Origin: Euglena gracilis
Lineage: Eukaryota
Length of the DNA stretch: 64,000 bases
Assembly (NCBI GenBank): GCA_039621445.1
Contig: CP154954.1
Span: forward strand, 2,852,001-2,916,000
Direction: 5' to 3'
Shown here: in pieces, positions 53,429-64,000 of the stretch
How the letters are laid out: every line of letters begins with the position of its first letter
Numbering within the stretch: position 1 is the stretch's first letter
The notes under the pieces: model-generated
Database searches by the model: none
Told to the model about the DNA's origin: nothing
The model's input: only the letters and a program-made list of their open reading frames with translations
Translations under genes and position numbers: made by a program

Positions 53429-54389
53429 GAAACAATAACAACAACGGCAACAATATTGATGCTGATGATAATGATAATGATAATGATAGTGATAATGACA
53501 ACAACAGCAACAAGTTTTTTGTTGTTCTTGCTGTTGCTGCTGCTGCTGCTGCTGCTGTCATTGTTATGTTTTTTTATTGCGACCACCAGGAACAATTTTT
53601 TTTTTTGCAGCCAGCTGCGACTCTGAAGTATTTTTGTTTCCAGCGAGGCTTTCCAGCTAGTGCCAGTTCAGTTCGACCCACCCTCTGGGGGGCCCTTGTG
53701 AAGGCTTGGCCATTCAGGCGTTTATGCTTCCATATCTGCTCTTTTTTTCACATCAGAAAACTCAAGCTGAAAAATTAAAATTAAAAATTACCAGTTTATT
53801 TCAAATAAACAAATCAGTGTATAAATTGCCCATAATTTGAGAATTAATGGATAATGCGCAAGATTGGGGCAGCGGACACTTGTGCAGCCCGGACAAGCAG
53901 CATGTGTGCACACTGCAGGTTGCTCCCTGTGCTGGTGTGTGTCAGTGGTGTGCGAGTGCGAGTGCGTGCGCGCGCATGCGTGCGTGCGTGCGCGTGTGTG
54001 TGTTCTGGATGCCAGGTGGCTTTGTGTAGCTGTTCCACCACACTGGAATGACCAGCCCAAGGCACCTCTCGGCCCACACTCTGTGGCGGCAGATCTTCTG
54101 GCTTTCTGAAAAGCTTAAGAGTGATGGAAAGGAGGATACCCACCCATCAATCGTCCAGACTTGAAATTTTTGGCGTCTGGAACGTTGTTTTGACAGAAAG
54201 GGGACTGTCATAACCTCAGAGATGATTTGTTCAGCTGGATCTTTGGCACATATATCTCCCCTTTGGAGGCGCATCCCTCCCGACCAAGCACGTTTGATGA
54301 TGCAGCATCTCCCAAGCTTGGGCTAAAGCTTGGGTTCTGTTGCAGGCGGCAGGGTGATGAACGGAGTTTGTTTCTGTCAACGGTCGATA

Positions 54390-54745
54390 TTTTAAGCCAT
54401 TTTCACCACTTTTGGCCGTTTTTTGTTCATTTTTGGCTATTTTTGGCTTTTGTCGTTCTTTTTTTTTTGGACCCATTTTCGGCCATTTTTGGGCATTTTT
54501 TTTGTTATTTTTTGGCCTTTTTTTGGCCGATTTTAGATACATTTGGCCCTTTGAGCGCCTTTGACCATTTTGGGCAGATTTTGGCTACTTTTGGCTGCTT
54601 ATAGTTGATCCATAAAATGGATCTACATATTTGTCCCTAAAATGGCCAAAATGGGTTAAAAGTGGCCAAAGCAAAACGTGGCCAAAAAATGCACCAAAAG
54701 TGGCCAAAGCGCCAATAGTGGCCAAAAGCAATCGAAAATGGCCGA
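54390..54745. repeat. Degenerate TTTTGGCC/GGCCAAAA fold-back repeat
   Basis: Orientation flips around the hairpin GATCCAT-AAA-ATGGATC at ~54607-54623. Confidence 0.65.
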
Positions 54746-54943
54746 AAGAGGCCCTGATTTTCCAGGAAGCAGGTGCCCGAAACTTGCATTTTCCCTTATT
54801 TTGGCATTTTTTTTTTGAAGAAGTACAAGTTCCAAAGTTCCAAAAATGGTAGAAACCGCGAAGACCTTGTTGTAGACCTTGCCCCCTCCCCGCCACCATT
54901 CGCTTACCTTGAAAGTATTTACCAGGGTGATTTATGGCTTATA

Positions 54944-55038
<95 letters not shown>

Positions 55039-55049
55039 GTGTGCGTGTG

Positions 55050-55081
<32 letters not shown>
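54944..55081 (+). repeat. (TG)n microsatellite
   Basis: Directly visible. Confidence 0.95.
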
Positions 55082-55084
<3 letters not shown>

Positions 55085-55403
55085 TCATTTGTGGAAACTG
55101 AGCCTTGCGCCTCTGAGCTCCTGGTTGCACCAGCGAAAGATATTTTCACATTGCGCATGTCGCACTGGTTGACGGGGAGCCTTGCCGTCGCCAATTTTGT
55201 ATACATGTCTGCCGCCAGCTGCCCTCTGGCTTATCTGGGGCACCGTTTCCCTGACAACGACACCACACATATTTTTAAAGCGACTTGCAAAAAGGCTGTT
55301 TTTTTTCAAATCCCCAGGAACCGAACACAAGTTCAACGTTTGAACAACTTCAAGACTTCAAAGGTTATTGTTTATCAAAAATTCAAAAACGGTGAAATTC
55401 ATG

Positions 55404-55410
55404 ACACACA

Positions 55411-55459
<49 letters not shown>
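55404..55459 (+). repeat. (CA)n microsatellite
   Basis: Directly visible. Confidence 0.95.
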
Positions 55460-55462
<3 letters not shown>

Positions 55463-55567
55463 ATGCTTTTTGCGGCTTTGGCAGCATCGAGACCACATCA
55501 ACACAGACTTTGCATGAAATGGCTGACAGGACCATCGGCCAGTCTAGCCAAATTTTGCTTCTTGCTG

Positions 55568-55738
55568 TCCCCCCCCCCGGGCGCTTGGCCCAGGCCATGA
55601 AGGTAAGGCCAACCTTAGGGGGGGCCAAGTTTGCATGTGAAGAACATTGGCAGCCATGTGCAAAATGCCATCTCTACAGGGGCCAAGTTTGCATGTAAGG
55701 AGGAGGGTGGCCAAACGCCCCCGGGGGGGGGGGAGGGG
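55568..55738. mobile_element. Short MITE-like inverted repeat (polyC-GGGCGCTTGGCC / GGCCAAACGCCC..polyG)
   Basis: Inverted termini; related sequence at ~57034-57090. Confidence 0.45.
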
Positions 55739-58700
55739 TACTGTGCATCCGGCACATTTTCTTCAAAACAATTGGGTGGGTGTCTCAACTAGCAGATATC
55801 CGATGCTCCCCTCCAGGCGAGCAACCTTCAGTGCCAAAGCAATCCAACGGTGCTTTCAAAAGGACAACAGCCTGCAAGCAACGCCATCCCCAACCTCGAT
55901 TTTCCTCGAGGTCCCAGGGCTTTCACCATGGCTGCGAAGAAGAAGTCGTGGATGGTTTAAAAAAAGGTGTCACGGAAACTGCTTGATCCTGATGTCAATC
56001 TTGATGCCAACAAAGTCATACGATTCCTCACTGCCTAACCTATCACCCCCCCACCACCAGGGGTGAATACAGATTAACAGGTTGGTTTTTTTTTGAGCTC
56101 TACACCCCCCAGGGGAGGCCAGATGACCGAAAGTGACACCGGTGGCCCAACGAAACTTTTTCCCAACAAACACCCCCTATCTTCGACCACAAATGTCATA
56201 TACTGGAAAAATTGGCACCCCACTAGCCTTTGTGGGGGGGGGGGGGGGGGGGGGGGGCTGGGGGGGGGTGGGGGGTTGGGATAAACCCAAAAGTTTCGGG
56301 TGCATTTTCAGAATCACTGTGAAATGTGCTTCCTTAAGTGGGGGTAATAAGTAGTGGGACGTCCTACAAGAACTATCTAGTGGGACAGGCAAAAATTTTT
56401 TTTGTTCAAAATGTCCAATGGTCCTGCACAAGTGCAGGATCATTTTAAAATCCCTCCCCAGGAACCAAAAACAATTTTCCGGCGCTTCTCGCCGGGAAAA
56501 TGAAATTATCTCCGTATGTTTTGACCAATTTTTCAAAAGTGCGCTTTTTTGGCCTTTTTCAAGGCCCAGTTTTTTTTTTCCTGGTGCAAAGAGCTGTAAA
56601 ATTTTTTTGTACAGGGGGCTGGAGGGTCCGACCCACACACACTCCAGTCCTACCCCCCTGTCCCCGCTCATTTTTTTTCCCCTGCCCTTCCCCGGTGACA
56701 CATTTGTGGCTTGTGTTCTGCAGTACTCGCAGTTGCAGGCGCGGGCCAAGCCCCGGGACCATTCTGTTGGCGTTCCCATCCGACGAAGCAAGGGCCCCAA
56801 TTTTTCGCGCTCTTGTTTTTGTAGCGCCTTGGAAGCTATAACGCTTCCAAGCTCTATAGCTCGGAAGCTCTGCAAGCTTTGCGAGTCGCGTGTCGCTTGT
56901 CCTCTGCGTTGCGTGTGTAATAGCTTTGGCTCTTGCGTCTGCGGGCCCAGACTCGATCTCCCGCCCCACAGGTTCCTTGCATGGCTTGGCTGGAAATCCT
57001 TGGGTGCTGGTCCCCCCCCCCCTAGGCACTTGCCCCCCCCCCCCGGGCGCTTGGCCCCCCTCCCCCTCACATGCAAACTTGACCTCCCTAAACTTCAGCC
57101 TTAATTTGCAACTTTGCGGCCAATTTTCGGGCGCTTTGGCTTATTTTTCGTATGGTTGGCACCCTGGCCTAACGTTCAATTGAGTCCAGGGCGCCTGGGG
57201 GGGCAACCACCTTCGATGGTGCAGGGCGATGCAGTAATTGTGGAGTGTAAGGTGAGGTACCTGATTTTGGGGATGCACGGCAATGCAAGGCGACGTCGGC
57301 ATTTTTTTTGGCTATTGTTTGGCCTTTTCAGCCATTTTGTCCACATTCGGCCACACTGTTGTTAGCCGCTTTGGCCGCTTTTGGTCATTTCTGAACCTTT
57401 TTTTGGTCATTTGAGGTCTTTTTGATTGGTTTATGGATCGTTTGGACGAATCGTTACGGGCATATGGGGGCGAACCAGGGGGGGGGGAGAAAATTGCACC
57501 GTGCAATTTTTTTTTGCAATTTTGTGCAATTTTTGATTTTCCTGAAATGTGCAATTTTTTGCAATTTTGTACAATTAATTGCACATGGCCCAGGATATTT
57601 TTTTTTGGAAAATGTCAGTTTTTGATGCAATTGAGAACTTACCGTTTTTTTTGCTGGCAAACTGATGTGCGTAGTGAAAATTTCCGTTCAAAGGCTGTTT
57701 ATTGTTGGTTTACTCAGTGTGCAAACCCTATCTTGAGTCCCCTGCCCAGGTGTCTTTGATACTTTCTCAACCTGCCCCGAGCAGGTATTGCAAACCCTGC
57801 ACCGGCAGGGAGGGAACTATTTGTCGAGCATTTCCGCCCCATTGCAGCCTGTAAGTATGACATGTTGCGTCTTCCGCTGGATGATGAACGAATTCAGGAT
57901 AAAATGGCGTAAGCATTGCTGCATATTGCCACAGCTGATTGTGTTGCAACTGCCTGTCCACTATGATGCTATTCAATGGTGAGCCGCTTTGTCTGACTGC
58001 GGCGGACTGCTGTCCAACAGGCTTCACTTGTTTTGCTGTGCCGCGCTGTCATTTCTGGATGTTCTTGACAATAGATCAAGATGATTCTCCAAGTAAGTGC
58101 ATGTGTGCATGCTCGTTACAAGGGATCCAATGTAATCTCGTAGTATGTGCAATTTTGTGCAATTTTGTGCATTTTTGTGCCTTTTTTTGCACTGCAATTT
58201 TTGACCCCCCGATGTGCAACCCCCCCCCCCCATGGGTGAGGCACCATTCAGGCTGTCTTTCTGTTGACACAGGGACTGGGGTACAACTTTGCAATGGTCA
58301 ACAGAGAGTTTTTTTGGGAAAAGAAATGTCGGCAGTATCTTGGCAAATTAATTTTATGCCAACGTTTTGAAGAGGGAACCAGCAGCACCGGCCCAACAAG
58401 GTGGTGGAGGCAACTATCCCCTCAGACCAAAGCGTTGCCCCCCCCCCCCCCCGGGTGGCAACACTTGTTGGGGCCACAATGGATGGCCAAGTATGCACGG
58501 TAAGAATTTCGGGGCTGTGCACAAATTGGTGCATAATATTATAATTTTGGGGCCAAGGTTGCAAGTTGTGGCTGCAGGCCAACTTTAACAAGGCCAAGTT
58601 AAAAAGGGAAAAAAAAGACAAGTGGTGTAACGGCCCGCAGTGCCACTGGCAGTGCCACCGCATTTCACCCCACACCTGCCTCCAGGGGACAGATGGGTTT

Positions 58701-58833
58701 TCAAGAACCAAAACAACCAGGGGGGTGGGGGCGGGGGAGGTGCACCATGGGCAGTCTGTCCCGACCGAAGGCCAGACCGCAACTTTTTTGAAAGACTTCC
58801 AGCCGAGTTTGTGTTTGGTGGGAGGGTGGACCC

Positions 58834-59247
58834 CAGGGTTTGATACAAGGAGGGCGTACATGGTTTAGGTGGGGGGGGTGTCCCCCCCACCCCCCCCCCC
58901 CTCCTGGCCTGAAGGGGGGGGTCCGGACCACCCCCCCCACCTGCCAGGGGGGTCTGGACCGACCCTGGGGGGGGTACCCGGGACCCCCCCCCCCCCAAAG
59001 GGTCGTTTTTCCTCCGGCACTTTGCGCCGAATTTTTTTGCATTTTTGGCAAATTTTTGCCCAAAAAGTGCCCAAAATGGCACTTTGGGTCGTTTTGGGGG
59101 ATCAAAAAATTTCGGCCCGGCGCTTCGCGCCGGCTGAAATTCGGTCACCTGGACCGCGCCACTGTTTAGGTGGGGGGGGTGTCCCCCCCCTCCTGGTCCG
59201 CAGGGGGGGGGTCCGGACCCCCCCACCTGTCCTTATATCAAACCCTG
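58834..59247. mobile_element. hAT-like MITE, family A copy 2
   Basis: Near-identical to 7429-7859; same TIRs; different perfect 8-bp TSD GTGGACCC. Confidence 0.9.
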
Positions 59248-60651
59248 GTGGACCCCTCCCCAACTGCCAGGGTGGTTGAGCAATTTTTTGTGGATCCGCC
59301 CTCCCTTCTGGGGGTCTGGGGTCGCCAGCTGGGGAATGATTTGCGAGCTAGGGGCTTCCTGCTTTTGAAAACACCTTTCCTGATAAAGGTACTGAGCTCG
59401 AATCTCCCTGGACCCCAGTTCATGATTTTCATCCCCAGTTGTGGAAATTTTGGAAGTTCTCCACCTTATCCCGTCCACGCCATGTTGTTGACACTCACCC
59501 CTTGCCCTGTTATTTGCTGTTTTCATTATTGTTACCATTCCTTTGCACCCACACCCCCATGTCAAAGCGACATTCCTGGAGCAATCAAACCGCATCAAAG
59601 GTTTCAAAGTTTAATTAAGTTTGTGTTTTTACAGCTCGGCAATAAACCAAAGTTCCATTAAACCTATCGTCTTTCTTCAAAAAACAAATGAGTTTTTGTG
59701 GTTTTGACTTCTTCTTTTTGAAGGGGAAAAAGGGAGGTTTCTCATTCCGTTTTATGGTCCATCTTTCCAACTCGTACTTCCTCTTTGTGCGGGCAACACC
59801 ACTCTGATTCATATTTTCCAATGCTTAGATCGGCGTTAGTTTGGGGCTGGCAAGGCGGCAGTCATTGGAAAATGATTTGCCAGCCAGGGAGTGTTCTGTG
59901 GTGTTCACTGAACTGACTCCCCTCACAACATGCACAGCTGCTGTTGGAAGTGCCAGGAATCCGAACTGACCTCACCCCAGTTCCCCATAAGCGCAGCTCA
60001 ACCCGCTTTTTTTTCAGCCCATCTGTGTGGAAGGGTCCAGGCATTTGATGTGCAGGTATCTCCGCTCCCCCCTCGTTTGGCAGTCTCTCCTCCTTACATG
60101 CAAACTCGTTGGCCTTCGGCCTTAACTTGCGATCTTGCCCCCCCCTTTAATGTTCTTGGCCAATTTTGAATTTTGTGCTGGACTGCTGAAATTCTTAATA
60201 TGCAATTTGGTCCCCTAAAGTTGGCACCCCAGCTTTGCCGTCAATTGTGGAGGAACATTCAATCCAGTCGTGTGACAGTTTCATCCAATCAATTGTGTGT
60301 GTTTGGAACTAGCCAGGAGGAGACTAACGGGAGAAAGCGTCCTCACAAAATGCATTGTGCTTGCACACGGGGTCCTCCGCAATTTGCATTGATGTCCCAT
60401 TCCTGACCCACCCACAAATAGAAGAACGGGTGCACTCGTAGTGGACCGGCGGTGGGGGGGGGTGCATTTTTATGTGGACACTGCGCTTGCAGGACCCTGT
60501 GCTTCTTTTAAGGGAGGTTATGCCCCCGAGGGGGGGACATGGTTGAGGCGATGTGTTTCGGAGGGGTAATTGAAGCATTAAGGCAGGGTTGGGGGTGGGA
60601 GGCATAATCCTCCATAATTCCGCATAATTTGCATAGTTTTTGCAATAACTT

Positions 60652-60713
60652 TAACAACAACAACAACAACAACCACAGCAACAACAACAACAACCACCAC
60701 CACAACAACAACA
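60652..60713 (+). repeat. (CAA)n microsatellite
   Basis: Directly visible. Confidence 0.9.
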
Positions 60714-60978
60714 ATTTGCATATAATCTGCATGATAATTTTTCAGGGGACAACAAGAAAAGGGCTGGAAAGCATTTGAGAAGATTGCTGTCTGCCAAAAT
60801 TGACCCAAAGGGAATTACCCAGCCCTTTTTTTGCATTTTCGGATTTTTGCACAATGCACATATTTATTATTATTATTATTATTATTATTTAAGTTTTGGG
60901 CCAATTGCATCAATTTTTGTGATTTCCCTAAATTTACGAAAGGGACTAAAATGATCAAAATTGGTCCAAATCAGTCTA

Positions 60979-61382
60979 ACCCCACCCCCTAATAAGTGCG
61001 CACTGCCCTAATTGTGCGCAGTGCCCTAATAAGTGCGCACCCCCCAAGGGTCCGAAACTACCTCCCTAAAAAGTGCGCACCCCCCAAAGGAGAAATCATT
61101 GTCATATCTCAGGTCGGAAAGCACACACAATTCTCAGAATTGTCCTTCTCAGACCAAATATTTCTATCGTCCAAGCCCAAATTTGACACATTTGACACAT
61201 AATCACTTGACTCATAGCTTGAAATCACAAAGTTGGGGGGAAAACTGAAAAAGAGTGGGGGTAATGTCAGTATTTTTGGCTTTGCCCTAAAAAGTGCGCA
61301 CTGCCCTAATAAGTGCGCACCCCTTGGGGTCCGAAACTACGTCCTTAAAATGCGCGCACCCGTGCACTTATTAGGGGGGGTT
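60979..61382. mobile_element. MITE with CCCCCTAATAAGTGC / GCACTTATTAGGGGG TIRs
   Basis: Inverted termini, subterminal AAGTGCGCAC repeats, TA flanks. Confidence 0.65.
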
Positions 61383-64000
61383 TAAAACATGTGGATTGTG
61401 CAGAATTCTGCAAAAGAATTGGAAGGCAAAATAAGAATAATAGCCCCCCCACAAAATAAGACCCAGGTCCACTGTTTCGATTGGTTGCTCAAATCTAATC
61501 TTATTTTTGGATGTGCTTTTTTGAATATTTGCTGTTTACACCAGCACTTCGGGGTCCTGGGAAGGGGACAAATTTTGTTCCTAAAGCCGTGAGAGTGCCA
61601 CCCCCAAACCAGTCAGACCTCCTGCAAATGAGGCTCCCTGCCAATTTTTTTTTAACAAAAAACCCCGAAAAATGCAGATTTGGGCGAGGTCTATTTTTTT
61701 GTATTTTTCCCCATCTCTAGGGATTTCTTTTTTTTGTGGGGAGGTCAATTTTTTAGGAGGTTCAGCTGGCTTTTTTCGATGGGACGCATTGGACCAGGAG
61801 TTTATTTTTGGGTCTTTCTGGGCCACTGTTTTTGGGGATTTTTTTTGACCAGCACTTTAGGCTAAAGTTGCAGATTTCCTGCCGAGCACAGATGTTCAGA
61901 GTATTTTTCAAACACTCCAGCAGATTTAGTAACAGATGTGGCTATGTGGCCACTGCGGCAGGTGCGGGGATGCGGTTACTGGATGCAGCAACTGGAGCAG
62001 AGATGCAGGCACCGGAGGGTCAAAAGTCACCAAAAATTTGCCTGAAGCAACAAAAAATAGTTGAAAAAGTGTTTCCGAAAATTGAATAAAAGTGACCAAA
62101 CAAGGGCCAAAAGGATTTTATGCCGCATTTCTCACCCATATAATCCTGTATAGCGACCAAACAGTGGCCAAAAGGATTTTCTGCCGCATTTCTCACCCGC
62201 ACAAATCCGTATAATTGCCGCATAATCCGAATCATTCCCCCCCCGCATAATTTCGACAATTATTGCCTTGTTTACCGACAATGCATAAAGGATAAGTGAC
62301 ATGCAGTCTGTCCCCTACACCCATTTCATGTTTGAGAGGCTTTCAGCTCCATTTCAGCATCTTGGACCTCCCACATCTGCAGCCCTACCCCAGACCACTT
62401 CGCCGCCTGTGGTTGCTCTCCACTGGTTCCTATATCCGGCGGCCTCCACTTCCCTCTGCACATCTCCTCTGGACCAGAGATTTTTTTTTTCAGTTTGGTG
62501 ACCCGGGGGGGGGTTCCAGACCACCCCCGTTCTTAAAGAAAATTCCTGGTCCCACAAGCAGTGTGCTGGTCTACTCGGCCCACTTACGACCGACCGCCTT
62601 TGTTCTTTTTTTGAAGACGATGATGCAAGATTGCGAAAGGTGCCAAAGTGAAAAGGCCAAAGGTGCTGAAAAAGCTATTTGGGGAGTTGTTGGAGTGTCT
62701 GTGGCTTTTTGCAGTCAGTTTCAACAGCTTTGGATCCCCTCCACTCTCTTGGCCCCCATAATCTCCACATGCAAATTTGGCCCAAAAGTTGGCCTTCGGC
62801 CGTGCAACCTTGTCCCCCCATTAGGCTTTTTTGGCTTATTTATCATGGCCTAAATTTTTAACATTCGACTTTCCCCCCAAATTGCCCTCGGGGCCGTACC
62901 TTCATTTGTGGCCCGTGCCAAGCGCCCAGGAAGGGATGGATGGATGAGTTCATTCTCCATTCTCAAACTCAAACTCCATTTGAGTTTCCTTTGTTTGCTT
63001 AATCAACGGTCACAAAAATTTAGTACGTTTTAACGATTCCTTAACTGCAAAAATGAATTTGACAGAATTTGACAGGAAATTTTATGTTTTGTTTTCTTTT
63101 TATTTATTTATTTTATATCATTTCATTTTACTTTACTTTACTTTATTTTATTTTTGCCAATTGCCTTTCCTTCATTTTTGAATTTCTTTTGGCCAACAAA
63201 TTGCATTTTGTCGAAGTCAGAGCGCAATTTTTTTTTGGAATTCATACCTGTCGAATTCCCATTCCTTGTGTTTTTTGTGGCTTTATTTGTTTATTTGCGT
63301 TTTGTTCTGTTGCATTTGTTGAGACTCCAGTTGAAGCGCAACCCCCCCACAGTTATGAACCACACACTTAAGGTGTCCACGTATGGTCTACATCGCTCAG
63401 CTTGGGGGGGATGCACACCCTCCTTGGTCATTGATAGCATGTTTGGCAGATGTCGATCGGTTTCAACGGCAGTCAATGGCAGTCAATTAGTTTCAATGCC
63501 CTGTAGCAGGTGTACGTACAGAATGCACATAGTTACCAAAGGCGTTTTTTTAAAAAAAATTGGTGCCCGGTGCTGGAAGGGGGTTTTTTTCTCCTGTTTT
63601 TGGGACAAAGCCCGAATTTTCGACCCATCATCGAAAATCAACTCACAGAAGAGGTCGCCGAAGGGGAAGCCCTCCCGCCCCCCAGGCCCAGGGGTTATAC
63701 CCCCCCCCCCCAGGAGGAGAACTGAAAGCCGCCGGGGACAATTTTTTTTCGGCTGCAAACCACCCAAAAACTGATTTTTTGTCATTTTCTTGAGACCGAC
63801 CATTATCAAAAATGACATTTTGACCAAATTTGCCGAAAATTTCGTTGTTGGCGTTTTGTCTGTTTGTCTTTTTTTTTTGCTGCGGCTGCCTCCACCAAAG
63901 CCAAAAGCGGGTTCTCGCCGTCCTCTCCGAACCCCAATGCATATATCAAGGAAGTTTATTACTATTTCAAACCGAGCCTGCTTTGGTGGGAGCGGTCGGG

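Overview
Eukaryotic nuclear DNA, most likely from a euglenid (Euglena-like); this is inferred from intron architecture, not from a database hit. Almost all long ORFs in the supplied track are repeat artefacts. The real coding content is one large + strand gene (~1111-39586) that I reconstructed by hand as ~41 short GC-rich exons (~4.06 kb CDS, ~1350 aa). The protein has a Pro/Ser-rich N-terminus and an alpha-helical, ARM/HEAT-like core; I cannot name it. Nearly all of its ~40 introns lack GT-AG ends. Their two ends base-pair instead, typically with CAG/CGG at +4..+6 pairing to CTG/CCG at -8..-6, which is the euglenid non-conventional intron pattern. The window also holds a MITE family with CAGGG...CCCTG termini and perfect 8-bp target-site duplications (hAT-like). 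That geometry matches the intron geometry (8 = 5+3), and several introns retain full or partial 8-bp duplications, suggesting intron creation by hAT-type MITEs. Introns and the distal ~24 kb are filled with TA-flanked poly-C/poly-G MITEs, microsatellites, a ~163-bp satellite and degenerate coding-like remnants. Several exon boundaries are uncertain by a few nt, and a few reading frames are ambiguous.
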